From assembly GCA_965204725.1 (NCBI GenBank), contig OZ242005.1, positions 1,344,001 through 1,408,000 of the forward strand: a stretch of DNA of 64,000 nucleotides, read 5' to 3'. The position numbers and the translations under genes were made by a program. Of the stretch, positions 37,279-47,475 are shown one piece after another. How positions within the stretch are numbered: position 1 is the stretch's first letter; each line of letters begins with the position of its first letter. The DNA is from Candidatus Latescibacterota bacterium. GTDB lineage: Bacteria; Latescibacterota; UBA2968; UBA8231. The notes under the pieces were generated by a model. That model was not told the origin of the DNA. It ran no database searches and was given only the letters and a program-made list of their open reading frames with translations.

Positions 37279-39282
37279 ATGGAAATTCTGTCCACTCCCA
37301 TTGAAAAAATCAAAGGCGTAGGGGCCAAACGCGCGTCCGCGCTCAAAGATGTGGAGATTCGGACGCTGGGCGATTTGTTGTACTATCTGCCGCGCCGCTA
37401 CCTCGACCGCACGCAGGTTTTGCCCATGGCCCGGGCGCCCATCGGCCAAGAGGTCACGCTCATCGGCCAAGTGCGCCAGACGCGCTTCGTGCCCGGGCCG
37501 CGGCCCCGCTTCGTGATGGTCGTGGCCGATGAGACCGACGACATTACCTGCGTCTTTTTTCAGGGGGGGCGCTACTTGCAGCGCAACTTTGCCGTTGGCA
37601 ACGAACTGGCCCTAAGCGGCAAGGTCGATCTCTTTCAGGGGCGGCGGCAGATGGTCCATCCCGAATACGAATTCATCCACGGAGAGGAGCGGCTCCACAC
37701 GAGCACGGTCGTGCCGCTCTATACGACCAGTGCCGATCTGAAGGAGCGCGGCCTGCGCAGCCGGGGGTTCCGCCGCTTGGTACGCGAGGCGTTGGACGCC
37801 TTTGCCGAGCGCATTGAAGACGACTTGCCGGCCGCCTTGCGGCAGCGCTTGGGCTATGCGGAGCGGGGCGCGAGTCTGCGCCAAGTGCATTTTCCCACCA
37901 GCCTTGCCGAAGCAGACCGCGCGCGGCAGCGCTTGGCTTTTGGCGAGCTTTTTGCCTTCCAGTTGCGCTTGGCGCGGCGGCGCAAGAAAAACCGCGAGCA
38001 GGCCGACGGCCTAGCCTTCGCGCCCAGTGAAAAACTGGTGCCGGCCTTGTGGGATTCCCTGCCGTTTGCCCCAACGCGCGCCCAGCGCCGGGTCGTCGCT
38101 GAAATCGCCGCGCAGATGCAGCGTCCCCAAGTTATGAACTGCCTCGTCCAAGGCGACGTCGGCTCGGGCAAGACCTTGGTGGGGCTGTGCGCGATGCTGG
38201 GGGCCGTGGAGAACGGCTACCAAGCGGCCATGATGGCCCCGACCGAGATCCTCGCCGAGCAGCACTTTTTTACCATCGAGGCCCTCGTCGCTCCCCTCGG
38301 GCTGACAGCGATCTTCCTCAAAGGCGGCCAGCGCAGGGCACTGCGGGAGGAGCGGTTGACAGCCATTGCCAGCGGCGCGGCCCACATTGCGGTGGGCACG
38401 CACGCGCTGATTCAGGAGCAGGTACAATTTGCTCGCTTGGGGCTGGCGGTCATCGACGAGCAGCACCGCTTTGGGGTGGTGCAGCGCGGCGCGCTCTACC
38501 AGAAAGGCGCGAAGCCCGATTTGCTCGTAATGACGGCCACGCCCATCCCGCGCACCTTGGCCCTGACCCTGTACGGCGAGTTGGATGTGTCGGTCATCGA
38601 CGAGTTGCCTCCTGGGCGCAAGCCGGTTCGCACGGCCGTCCGCGGCCGCGAGCGCCGGGCGGCGATCTTTGAGTTTGCCGGCGATCAGGTGCGGCAAGGG
38701 CGGCAAGTGTACGTGGTATATCCCCTGATTGAGGAGTCGGAAAAGGCGGATTACAAATCTGCGGTCGAAGCCTACGACGAGCTGCGCTCCGGCCCGTTGG
38801 CCGAATTTTCAGTGGCCTTGTTGCACGGGCGGATGGCGGCCGAAGAAAAGGCCGCGGTCATGGAAGATTTTAAGCAAAACCGGGTCCAAGTCTTGGTCTG
38901 TACCACGGTCGTTGAGGTCGGGGTGGATGTGCCCAATGCCACGGTGATGATCATCGAACACGCCGAGCGCTTCGGCTTGGCGCAACTACACCAGTTGCGC
39001 GGTCGCGTGGGGCGCGGCGGCGAGCAGTCGTTTTGCATTCTCATTAGCTACGCCCGCGCCGGCGGCGAGCTGGCGGATGTGGGCGAGCGGCTCCAGACCA
39101 TGGAGCGCACCCAAGACGGATTTGCGATTGCGGAAAAGGATTTGCAACTGCGCGGCCCGGGCGAGTTTTTCGGCGTGCGCCAAGCCGGGATGCCGGCGTT
39201 TAAGGCCGCGAATTTGGTCACCGACGGGGCCTTGTTGCAAAGCGCGCGCGAAGAAGCCACGCGGATTGTAGCCAGCCAATAG
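37279..39282 (+). CDS. recG: ATP-dependent DNA helicase RecG
   Basis: PRRYLDR, HPEYE, QGDVGSGKT, DEQHRFG, MTATPIPR, QLHQLRGRVGRG, DL.LRGPGE..G.RQ.G. Confidence 0.97.
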   Translation: MEILSTPIEKIKGVGAKRASALKDVEIRTLGDLLYYLPRRYLDRTQVLPMARAPIGQEVTLIGQVRQTRFVPGPRPRFVMVVADETDDITCVFFQGGRYLQRNFAVGNELALSGKVDLFQGRRQMVHPEYEFIHGEERLHTSTVVPLYTTSADLKERGLRSRGFRRLVREALDAFAERIEDDLPAALRQRLGYAERGASLRQVHFPTSLAEADRARQRLAFGELFAFQLRLARRRKKNREQADGLAFAPSEKLVPALWDSLPFAPTRAQRRVVAEIAAQMQRPQVMNCLVQGDVGSGKTLVGLCAMLGAVENGYQAAMMAPTEILAEQHFFTIEALVAPLGLTAIFLKGGQRRALREERLTAIASGAAHIAVGTHALIQEQVQFARLGLAVIDEQHRFGVVQRGALYQKGAKPDLLVMTATPIPRTLALTLYGELDVSVIDELPPGRKPVRTAVRGRERRAAIFEFAGDQVRQGRQVYVVYPLIEESEKADYKSAVEAYDELRSGPLAEFSVALLHGRMAAEEKAAVMEDFKQNRVQVLVCTTVVEVGVDVPNATVMIIEHAERFGLAQLHQLRGRVGRGGEQSFCILISYARAGGELADVGERLQTMERTQDGFAIAEKDLQLRGPGEFFGVRQAGMPAFKAANLVTDGALLQSAREEATRIVASQ

Positions 39283-39290
39283 GACATGCC

Positions 39291-40421
39291 ATGAAAAACG
39301 AAAGCCTCATTGCCCCCACAGATTTCGCGGGGCTCGACGCGGTGACTCATCTCTGTACCGGGGGCGAAGCGCCGTGGCTAAAAGGGCAGAGCGCGGTGTA
39401 CGCGGAATTTGTGCAACACAAAAGCCGGGGCGACCGCGGTCGGCGCGCCCTGTACGCCCGCGGCGACCGCTGCCGCCAGCGCATGGGGCAGTTGTGGGGC
39501 GTCCCGGCCGAGCGCATCGCCTTTATGCCCTCGGCCGCTGAGGGCATGGCGTGGTTGGCGCGGGGCTTGGACTGGCGTCCGGGCGACAATGTGGTCTCCA
39601 CCAATTTGGAATTTCCCTCGGTGGCGTACAATTGGCGCAACATGCGCCGGCAAGGGGTCGAGCTGCGGCTGGTGCCGCACCGCGACTGGCTGGTGCGGGA
39701 GGACGATCTGTTGGCCGCGGTCGATGAGCGCACTCGGGTCTTGGCCGTGAGCCAAGTCAGCTTCTACACGGGGCAAAACCTCGATATTGAGCGGCTGGCG
39801 GCCGGGCTTGCCGGTCGCGACGCGCTCTTGGCGGTCGATGCGACCCATGCCGCGGGGGCGATCGCCGTGCCGGCCGCGTGTGCCGACTTGTGCGTCAGTT
39901 CGTGCTACAAGTGGCTGTTGGCGACCCACGGGGTCGCGCCGTGTTATCTGAGCACACGGGCCGAGGCGCGGGTGCGCTCCACGGCCTTTGGTTGGCGCAA
40001 CTTGGCGGTGTGGCCGGCCCAAGGGGCGGAACGCGCCCCGGACGCCGACGAAAAGCCAATGCCCGATAAAATGGAGCCGGGCAATCCGGCCATGGTCGTG
40101 GTGCTCTACCTCGACTACGCCTTGGGGCGGCTGTTGGACATAGGGATCGACCGGATAGCCGAGCACAACCGCGACTTATCCGAACAAATCAGCGCCGGAC
40201 TGGCGCGTCTCGGGCGGCGGGTCATTTCCCCGAGTGCCCGGCCGCAGCGCTCGGGCAACACCTGCTTTGCGGACGACGACGCGCACCGGCTGAGCGAAGC
40301 GCTCGCCGATCGGGAGGTGTTGGTGTGGGGGGAATACGGGCGGGTGCGGGTCTCGGGGCATTTATACAACAACAGCGACGATGTGGAGCGGTTTTTGGCG
40401 GTCTTGGGCGAATTGGTGTAG
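39291..40421 (+). CDS. Class V PLP-dependent aminotransferase / cysteine desulfurase-like enzyme
   Basis: LEFPSV, VDATHAAG, SSCYKWLL, RVS.HLYN...DVERF. Confidence 0.85.
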   Translation: MKNESLIAPTDFAGLDAVTHLCTGGEAPWLKGQSAVYAEFVQHKSRGDRGRRALYARGDRCRQRMGQLWGVPAERIAFMPSAAEGMAWLARGLDWRPGDNVVSTNLEFPSVAYNWRNMRRQGVELRLVPHRDWLVREDDLLAAVDERTRVLAVSQVSFYTGQNLDIERLAAGLAGRDALLAVDATHAAGAIAVPAACADLCVSSCYKWLLATHGVAPCYLSTRAEARVRSTAFGWRNLAVWPAQGAERAPDADEKPMPDKMEPGNPAMVVVLYLDYALGRLLDIGIDRIAEHNRDLSEQISAGLARLGRRVISPSARPQRSGNTCFADDDAHRLSEALADREVLVWGEYGRVRVSGHLYNNSDDVERFLAVLGELV

Positions 40422-40486
40422 GGAGGCGAGGACGGCAGAAACCGCGGCGGCATAGGTATAAAAGCAAGGTAGAGGAGTAAAACGAG

Positions 40487-41905
40487 ATGGATGGAGTAAG
40501 TATTTCGCTGATCATTGTCGCCTTCTTGGCGATAATCGCGTTGTTGATCGCCGTTAGTACGTTGAGATCAAATGCGACAGCTAATCGCGAAAAGGCCGAA
40601 CTTGCCACAGCCAACGCTCGGCTGGAGAGCGACCTGAAGAACTTAGAGGTACAAGCCGAAGCCGCCCGGCAAGAAGCTAACGAGGTTGACGAACTGCGAA
40701 TCACTAACGCGCAGTTATCCCAGCGTCTGGAGACCGAGTCGGAATTGCTGACGCAGGTGACGCAGGCCAAAGAAACCGTTGATCAGCAGCTAACGGAATT
40801 GCAGGATCAGTTCCAATCGTTGAATGCTGAAAAGGCTCGGCTGGAGAGCGACCTGAAGAATGCGCTCGCGAAGGTGGCAGAACAAGTCGAGTGGGTGAAA
40901 CACTCAACGGCCGAATTTAAGGCCATGTCGTCGGAGGTCTTGGCGGAGCAGCGGAAGTCGTTTATGGACACGGCGAAGGCGACGCTTGAAGAGCGTGAAA
41001 GGGCTGTGGAGCAGATGGTAAAGCCGTTGGCGGAGCAGATCAACGCTCTGGACAAGTCGCGAGTGGAAAGTTCAGCTTCTCTGAAGGAGCAGATCGAGTT
41101 GCTGGTACGGTCCAACGACCAAGTGGCGAACGAGGCACGTAGTCTATCCTCGGCACTATCGAAGCCACAGGTGCGTGGGGCATGGGGAGAAATGCAGGTC
41201 GAGCGCGTACTTGAACTCGCTGGGCTACAGAAAGGCATCCACTACACGACGCAGGACAGCGACCAAAAAGGGGGTCGTACGGACTTCATCGTACATCTGC
41301 CGCACGACCGAGACATCATCCTCGACTCAAAGGTCGTGCTGGCGGCACTGCAAAAAGCAGGTGATGCGAAAACGGACGATGTACGTGAGGCGAGACTGAA
41401 GCGTCACGCCGTGCAGATGCGGTCGTATGCGGAGAATCTGGGATCCAAGGAGTATTGGAGCACATTGCCGGAGACGGCCGACTTCGTGGTGATGGTCGTA
41501 CCGGAGTTCGCATTGGCACCCGCCGTTGAGCGCGAGCCCGCACTCATTGAACGAGCCCTTGAGAATAAGGTCGTGATAGCGACGTACTCGACCTTGGTGG
41601 CGTTGCTAAAGTGCGTGGCGATGGGTTGGCAGGAGCGGAATATCACGGATGAGGCGCATGAGATCGGACGGCTGGGTAGAGACCTACACAATCGTCTGGC
41701 GATATTTGCCGAGCATCTAGCAGGGGTTGGACAGGCACTGGACACAGCGGCGTCGCATTACAATCGCAGCGTAGGTTCGTTTGATGGGCGGCTGTTGCCG
41801 CAGGCGCGTCGGTTCTCGGAACTCGGCGTCGGCACGACACGTGAGATTCCCACCTTGAATCAGATAGACCAGAACTCGCGGCGTTTGCAACGTGCCGAAA
41901 CTTGA
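40487..41905 (+). CDS. rmuC: DNA recombination protein RmuC family
   Basis: N-terminal TM helix, long coiled coil, RGAWGEMQ.ERVLE.AGL, D..V.LP....I.DSK, KEYW, DFVVM.VP. Confidence 0.9.
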   Translation: MDGVSISLIIVAFLAIIALLIAVSTLRSNATANREKAELATANARLESDLKNLEVQAEAARQEANEVDELRITNAQLSQRLETESELLTQVTQAKETVDQQLTELQDQFQSLNAEKARLESDLKNALAKVAEQVEWVKHSTAEFKAMSSEVLAEQRKSFMDTAKATLEERERAVEQMVKPLAEQINALDKSRVESSASLKEQIELLVRSNDQVANEARSLSSALSKPQVRGAWGEMQVERVLELAGLQKGIHYTTQDSDQKGGRTDFIVHLPHDRDIILDSKVVLAALQKAGDAKTDDVREARLKRHAVQMRSYAENLGSKEYWSTLPETADFVVMVVPEFALAPAVEREPALIERALENKVVIATYSTLVALLKCVAMGWQERNITDEAHEIGRLGRDLHNRLAIFAEHLAGVGQALDTAASHYNRSVGSFDGRLLPQARRFSELGVGTTREIPTLNQIDQNSRRLQRAET

Positions 41906-42046
41906 TAAACGGAAGCTGGCTATGGCCATCATCCATCAAAAGCGCGTAAGTAGTGATGTAGGATATGTTCGGTCAGGGGCTTAGGTTCTTCATCCGGTAG
42001 GCGGCAGGGCCAGGCTTCACCGAAGACAACTACAGGAGGTTTATTT

Positions 42047-44749
42047 ATGAGTACATATTGGAATTGGCCCGGTTCCCGCTGGTGGCGCGTTGACTTCCAT
42101 ACGCATTCTCCGGCCTCGCATGATTTCGGGAGCCAATCGGAGCGAGATGCTCAGGACTGGGAGTGCTGGATTAAAGCCGTACGCGATGCTGAAATCCAAG
42201 CGGTCGCGATTACGGATCACAATACTGCCGAGGGTATCTCCAAGCTACAGCAGGCCGCTGCCAGCGTGGAAGACGCCCCGGTGCTCTTCCCCGGAGTAGA
42301 GATTACTGCCAGCGACGGGGTCCACCTGCTCTTGCTGATGGACCCGGATTGTAAGCAGCAACACATCGACGCTCTTCTCTCCAGAGTAAAAATTCCCGTA
42401 GATAAACGGGGTGCCGAGACTGCCCGTTCTACACTAAGCGTTGAGGAGATTTTAGGAGAGTGTGGGGGAGACACTCTGATCATCGGTGCTCATGTCAACA
42501 CAGATGCGGGACTGCTCCAAGAACACGATGGCCAGCAGCGGACCACAGTGCTGCGACATCAGAATTTGGCCGCGGTTGAGGTTCACCCGAACAAGGAGAT
42601 CGACGAAAGCTGGCTCGATGGAAGCCGTTCCGAGGTTAAGCGGCGGCTTCCGCAGGTGTGGGCCTCCGACGGTCACGACTTCAACGAGTTGGGCCGGCGT
42701 TTCACTTGGGTAAAAATGACGCGCCCGAACTTGGAAGGGCTACGCTTGGCGCTGCTGGATGGTGCCCCTTCTTCCCTCAAGACCGAGCTAGACGACCCGA
42801 ATGTCCACGCCGACTTGGCCATTGAAAGCATTACCGTTGATAAAGGCAAATTCATTGGTCGAAGTGAGCCGATTACGGTCGAGTTCAATCCGTGGCTGAA
42901 TGCGATCATCGGCGGACGCGGCACCGGCAAATCCACGCTCATTGACTTCTGTCGCAAGACGCTCCGCCGGGAAGCGGAACTCGACCGTAGCGACAGCAGT
43001 GAGGAAGGCTCACTGCGAAGTTTGTTTGAGCTCCGCATGCGCGTTTCCCCATCGCGCCGGGAGGAGGGCCTGCTGACGGATGGAACGCGTGTCGAGGTTG
43101 TGTATCGGAAGAACAGCGAGCGCTTCTTCCTCTCTTGGGACCAGAAAGGATCGGTGCGCCCCATCGCTCGCTTGGATGGAGACGAACGAATTCCCGAAGA
43201 GGGCGATATCCGCGAGCGCTTTCCGGTGCGTATCTACAGCCAGAAACAGCTATTCGCCCTCGCCCAGGATCCGAACGCTCTGCTCGCGGTCATTGACGAC
43301 AGTGAAATCGTCGGTGGGGCGGGCCTGAAACGACAGATCACACAGAGGGAGACCCGCTATCTGTCTCTATGCGCCGAAGCTCGTGCGGCGTATAAGCAAG
43401 CGGACGGTCTGCCGACACTCCGAGCGTCGCACGCGGAAGTGCGACGCAAGCTGGATATTCTCGAGGGAGGAGGACAAGCGCAGGCTCTGAACGAGTACCG
43501 AAAGCGACGCCAGCAGAATGAAACTTGGCGAGCGATTCTCGAGGCGGCTTCGCAAGCGGTGGAATCCGTGGGAGACAGCGCGGCTGAGCTTTCGGTCGCC
43601 GATCTCAATATCGGAGCCGATGCCGAGGACGATCCAGCACAGGCGAGTCTTATGCGTATGCACAAAACGCTGAGACAGGCCGTCGCACACCTTGAGAGCA
43701 GGGTACGCGAGAGTGTAGAGCAAACTCGGCGAGAGATCGATAAAATTGACAAGGGCGCGGATGCTGACCAGTGGCGGGCGGCAGTGAAAACCAGCGAAAA
43801 CGAATTCCAGAGAGTATCTTCCCAGCTTGCCGAAGAAGGCATTTCCGCTCCGAACGAGTACGGAGACCTGCTGGAACAGGCGGCTGAGCTCAAGCGAGAA
43901 ATTGAATCTTTGGAGAAAGAGCAGAAGCGGGCGGAGGAACTGGAGAGTAAGGCCGCTAAGACTCTTGACGAATACCGCAGGCTACGCTGTGAGTTGAGCT
44001 ATAAACGCCGGAACTTCGCGCGCGAGATGTCTGGCGAGAGAATCCGCGTTGAAATAGATGAATACGCAAACCGCAAGAATCTTGCGGAAGAGTTGAGCGA
44101 GATTCTTGGCATTGAGCACTTTGCAGATGACCGTCGGGAGCTCGCCCGGAGAATTCAGCCCAAACAGGGTCAATCATGGGAGTGGGAGAAGCTGGATGGT
44201 GTAGTTACAGCGATGCGTCAGCTTCTTTCGGGAGATCGAGGTTTCTTGACGATGAAAGACGCACGTTTTGGGACCGCCCTAAAAAGGGTTCCACCCGAGA
44301 GGATTGATCGCCTCGGTCTGTATCTTCCAGAAGATGCTGTTAAGGTCAGTTTCAAAGAGCGTGGGAACTGGAGGCATCTCACCCAAGGATCGCCAGGGCA
44401 GCAAACGGCTGCGCTCTTGTCCTTTGTTCTGGGCTATGGTTCCGAGCCGATCATCCTAGATCAGCCTGAAGACGACTTGGATAACACCCTAATTTACGAA
44501 CTGCTGGTCCGTCGGCTGAGAGAAACAAAGACCAATCGTCAGGTGATCGTCGTCACCCACAATCCCAATATCGTCGTCCACGGCGACGCCGAACTCGTGC
44601 TCTCACTTGAGGCCAGAGATGGCCAGAGTCACATTGCCTGTGCAGGAGGCCTTCAGGAAAGGCGGGTTCGAGAAGAAATTTGTCGCGTGATGGAGGGGGG
44701 GCGGGAGGCTTTCAAACGTCGCTACCAGCGGATTATGCCCCCGCAATGA
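42047..44749 (+). CDS. PHP phosphoesterase fused to an SMC-like ABC ATPase (Ppl/TrlF-like putative anti-phage protein)
   Basis: PHP: DFHTHSPAS, ITDHN, GVEI..VHLL, SDGH. ATPase: GGRGTGKS, SPGQQ, IILDQPEDDLDN, VTHN. AGGAGG RBS. Confidence 0.88.
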   Translation: MSTYWNWPGSRWWRVDFHTHSPASHDFGSQSERDAQDWECWIKAVRDAEIQAVAITDHNTAEGISKLQQAAASVEDAPVLFPGVEITASDGVHLLLLMDPDCKQQHIDALLSRVKIPVDKRGAETARSTLSVEEILGECGGDTLIIGAHVNTDAGLLQEHDGQQRTTVLRHQNLAAVEVHPNKEIDESWLDGSRSEVKRRLPQVWASDGHDFNELGRRFTWVKMTRPNLEGLRLALLDGAPSSLKTELDDPNVHADLAIESITVDKGKFIGRSEPITVEFNPWLNAIIGGRGTGKSTLIDFCRKTLRREAELDRSDSSEEGSLRSLFELRMRVSPSRREEGLLTDGTRVEVVYRKNSERFFLSWDQKGSVRPIARLDGDERIPEEGDIRERFPVRIYSQKQLFALAQDPNALLAVIDDSEIVGGAGLKRQITQRETRYLSLCAEARAAYKQADGLPTLRASHAEVRRKLDILEGGGQAQALNEYRKRRQQNETWRAILEAASQAVESVGDSAAELSVADLNIGADAEDDPAQASLMRMHKTLRQAVAHLESRVRESVEQTRREIDKIDKGADADQWRAAVKTSENEFQRVSSQLAEEGISAPNEYGDLLEQAAELKREIESLEKEQKRAEELESKAAKTLDEYRRLRCELSYKRRNFAREMSGERIRVEIDEYANRKNLAEELSEILGIEHFADDRRELARRIQPKQGQSWEWEKLDGVVTAMRQLLSGDRGFLTMKDARFGTALKRVPPERIDRLGLYLPEDAVKVSFKERGNWRHLTQGSPGQQTAALLSFVLGYGSEPIILDQPEDDLDNTLIYELLVRRLRETKTNRQVIVVTHNPNIVVHGDAELVLSLEARDGQSHIACAGGLQERRVREEICRVMEGGREAFKRRYQRIMPPQ

Positions 44750-45972
44750 TGGAACGAGATGAGTTAGTGCGGCGCATCCGCCTCGGTGAGGACTCGACGT
44801 TGGAACTCAAGCAGGTACTGCTGGCTGGTTCCAAGGTCGCAGCACCTAGGCGCGACGAATTTGCCGATGAGTTGGCCAGCATGGCGAATGGTCGGGGAGG
44901 GACCATTTTGCTGGGGGTCGAAGACAAAAGCCGCGAAATTTTGGGCATCCCAGTGGATCGATTGGACGCGGTCGAAGGGTGGGTGCGAGAAATCTGCAAC
45001 GATTCCGTGGATCCCCCACTTGACGCGGAGATCCAAAAGGTTGAACTCCCTAGTGCCGACGGCCGTCTCGTTGCCGTAATTTGCGTCGAAATCGTCCGCA
45101 GTCTGTTTGTCCACAAAAGTCCAAGCGGCTATTTCCGCAGGATCGGCAGTTCAAAGCGCGAGATGTCTCCTGAGTTGCTCGCCCGGCTGTTCCAAGAGCG
45201 CAGCCAGAGCCGCGTAATTCGGTTTGACGAGTCGCCGGTGCCTAGGACCGCACCGGAAAATCTGGATGATGGATTGACTCGCCGATTCTTACGGGAGGAT
45301 GGGGTTTTGACCGAGGACGATCTGCGTAAACTTCGGATCGTCGCCAACGACGAAGACGACATCGCACGGATCACAGTCGCCGGTATGCTGTTATGCACTC
45401 GCGATCCGGGACAGTGGATGCCGCATGCACAAATTCAGGCGGTGAGCTATGTGGGCGAGCGACAAGACATTAATTACCAAAGCGATGCGCGCGACTTTGG
45501 TGGGCCGCTTGATGATCAGATTATTGAGGCGTTGCACTTCGTGCGCAGGAATATGCGGGTTTCAGCCATGAAAACGATGGCTCGGGTGGAGACCCCTCAA
45601 TTCAGCGAGCGCGCGGTTTTCGAGGCCCTCGTCAACGCGGTTGCCCACAGAGATTACTCAATGGTGGGTGCGAGGGTGCGGCTGCATCTGTTCGGGAACC
45701 GTCTCGAACTCTATGTACCAGGAGCACTGGCGAATACGCTCACGCCAGACAGTATGGATTTGCGGCAATACAGCCGAAACGAGTTGATCGTTTCGCTGCT
45801 GGCGCGTTGTCCTGTTTGGGAGGGCGAGGCACTGGGGCGGACGCATATAATGGATCGAAGAGGGGATGGAGTGCCGGTCATTCTAAATGAGAGCCGCAAA
45901 CTCTCGGGCCGTCGCCCCGAGTACCGCTTGATTGACGACAGCGAATTGCAGTTGGTGATTTGGGCGGCGTAG
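44746..45972 (+). CDS. Schlafen/AlbA_2 domain + HATPase_c_4 protein
   Basis: ATGA overlap. GEDSTLELK, A.MAN..GG.ILLGVED. EALVNAVAHRDYS, PGAL, RN..I, DRRGDG. Confidence 0.88.
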   Translation: MMERDELVRRIRLGEDSTLELKQVLLAGSKVAAPRRDEFADELASMANGRGGTILLGVEDKSREILGIPVDRLDAVEGWVREICNDSVDPPLDAEIQKVELPSADGRLVAVICVEIVRSLFVHKSPSGYFRRIGSSKREMSPELLARLFQERSQSRVIRFDESPVPRTAPENLDDGLTRRFLREDGVLTEDDLRKLRIVANDEDDIARITVAGMLLCTRDPGQWMPHAQIQAVSYVGERQDINYQSDARDFGGPLDDQIIEALHFVRRNMRVSAMKTMARVETPQFSERAVFEALVNAVAHRDYSMVGARVRLHLFGNRLELYVPGALANTLTPDSMDLRQYSRNELIVSLLARCPVWEGEALGRTHIMDRRGDGVPVILNESRKLSGRRPEYRLIDDSELQLVIWAA

Positions 45973-45982
45973 CCCATCCAAC

Positions 45983-47335
45983 TTAATCGCCAAAAAACTC
46001 TCGGTAGAGCGCGCGCACGGCTGCGGGAATGTCGGCGGCCGCAATGCCGAACATCATGCTGACTTCGCTCGACCCCTGATTGATCATTTCTATGTTGACC
46101 GCAGCGCGTGCAAAGGCCGTGCAGGCCCGGGCGGCCAAGCCAATGGTGTGGTGCATGCCCTCGCCGACGATCATCACCAAGGCGAGGCCGCGGGCGACCG
46201 ACAGCTCATCGACTGCGAGCTCGGTGCGGATCCGGCGCAACACGCGCTCTGCGGTCGCGGGGTTGAAATGCGATTCGCGCACAATCACCGACATGTTGTC
46301 AATGCCCGAAGGGGTGTGTTCAAAGGGGATTCCCTCGTCCTCAAAAATGGCCAGCAAGCGGCGGCCAAAGCCCACTTCGCGATTCATTAGGTACTTGCTG
46401 ATGTACACGCTGCAAAACCCGTCGGTCGCGGCGATGCCAACGACCGGGCGGTCGCCGATGGGGCGCTGGGGGACGATGCGGGTGCCGGGTGCCTGCGGGT
46501 TGTTGGTGTTTTTGACGACGACCGGAATTCCGGCGTGGAACACGGGTTCGAGGGCCTCGTCGTGAAATACGGAAAACCCCGCGTAGGACAGCTCGCGCAT
46601 CTCGCGGTAGGTAATCTCGGCGACGGCGACCGGGTCGGCCACGAGCGCGGGATTGGCCGTAAAGACCGAGTCCACGTCCGTGAAGTTTTCGTACAGGGTC
46701 GCATTGACGGCCGCGGCGAGGATCGCGCCGGTTATGTCCGAGCCGCCGCGCGAGAAGGTGACGACGCGGCCGGTGGGCGAATAGCCAAAAAAACCCGGGA
46801 AAATGGTGATGCCCGAGCGGTCCTTGAGCTGGCGCAGCTTGCCGTAAGACGCCTGCAAGACGCGGGCGTTGCCCGGCTCTTCTGAGAGCATTAAGCCGCC
46901 GGCGCCCGGGTCGAGGTAGTAGGCTTCGGCTCCGCTATAGCGCAGGTATTCGGCCACTAGGCGGGCGCAGTTGTCCTCGCCGCCAGCCTTCATGGCGTCC
47001 GCGTAGAGCGCCTTGTCGTGCGGGTTTAGGGCCAGTCGCCGCTCAAAGTCGGCGACAATGGGCGCGAGCGCTGCATCCGGCAAGCCGAGGTCGCCGACGA
47101 TGGCGGCATAGCGGTCGATGACGTGCGCCAGCGCGGTGCGGCCGTCTTGGTTGGTTAGCTGGGCGCGGACTACTTCGATGAGGAGGTCGGTTACTTTGGC
47201 GTCTTCCCGGTCGCGCTTGCCCGGGGCCGAAACCACGACGAGCCGGCGCGCTGGGTCGGCGGTGATAATGGCGCAGATTTTCTTTATTTGCTCGGCTGAG
47301 GCAAGGGAAGTGCCGCCGAATTTGGCTACTTTCAT
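45983..47335 (-). CDS. lysC: Aspartate kinase (monofunctional, two ACT domains)
   Basis: KVAKFGGTSLA, VVVSAPGK, FSRGGSDITG, YENFTDV, EMRELSYAG, INQGSSEVS. Confidence 0.93.
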   Translation of the reverse strand: MKVAKFGGTSLASAEQIKKICAIITADPARRLVVVSAPGKRDREDAKVTDLLIEVVRAQLTNQDGRTALAHVIDRYAAIVGDLGLPDAALAPIVADFERRLALNPHDKALYADAMKAGGEDNCARLVAEYLRYSGAEAYYLDPGAGGLMLSEEPGNARVLQASYGKLRQLKDRSGITIFPGFFGYSPTGRVVTFSRGGSDITGAILAAAVNATLYENFTDVDSVFTANPALVADPVAVAEITYREMRELSYAGFSVFHDEALEPVFHAGIPVVVKNTNNPQAPGTRIVPQRPIGDRPVVGIAATDGFCSVYISKYLMNREVGFGRRLLAIFEDEGIPFEHTPSGIDNMSVIVRESHFNPATAERVLRRIRTELAVDELSVARGLALVMIVGEGMHHTIGLAARACTAFARAAVNIEMINQGSSEVSMMFGIAAADIPAAVRALYREFFGD

Positions 47336-47475
47336 CGGGTCTCTTTGTGTATGATGGTTTGCCTCCTAAAAAATGCACGAATCGCCATTTTTACAAATTT
47401 GTCTTTTGTGATTATCTTAAATCGCTTATCTAAGATGCCGCTGCGCCAGCGGCCCCTATCATACAAAGGTTCACG

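Noticed and set aside
40422-45982. Integrative element or prophage boundaries around the defence islet
   Set aside because: I saw no integrase, transposase, tRNA or flanking direct repeats by eye.
47336-47475. Lysine riboswitch or attenuator upstream of aspartate kinase
   Set aside because: Only 140 nt, shared with the divergent qor promoter, and no recognisable aptamer or leader peptide.
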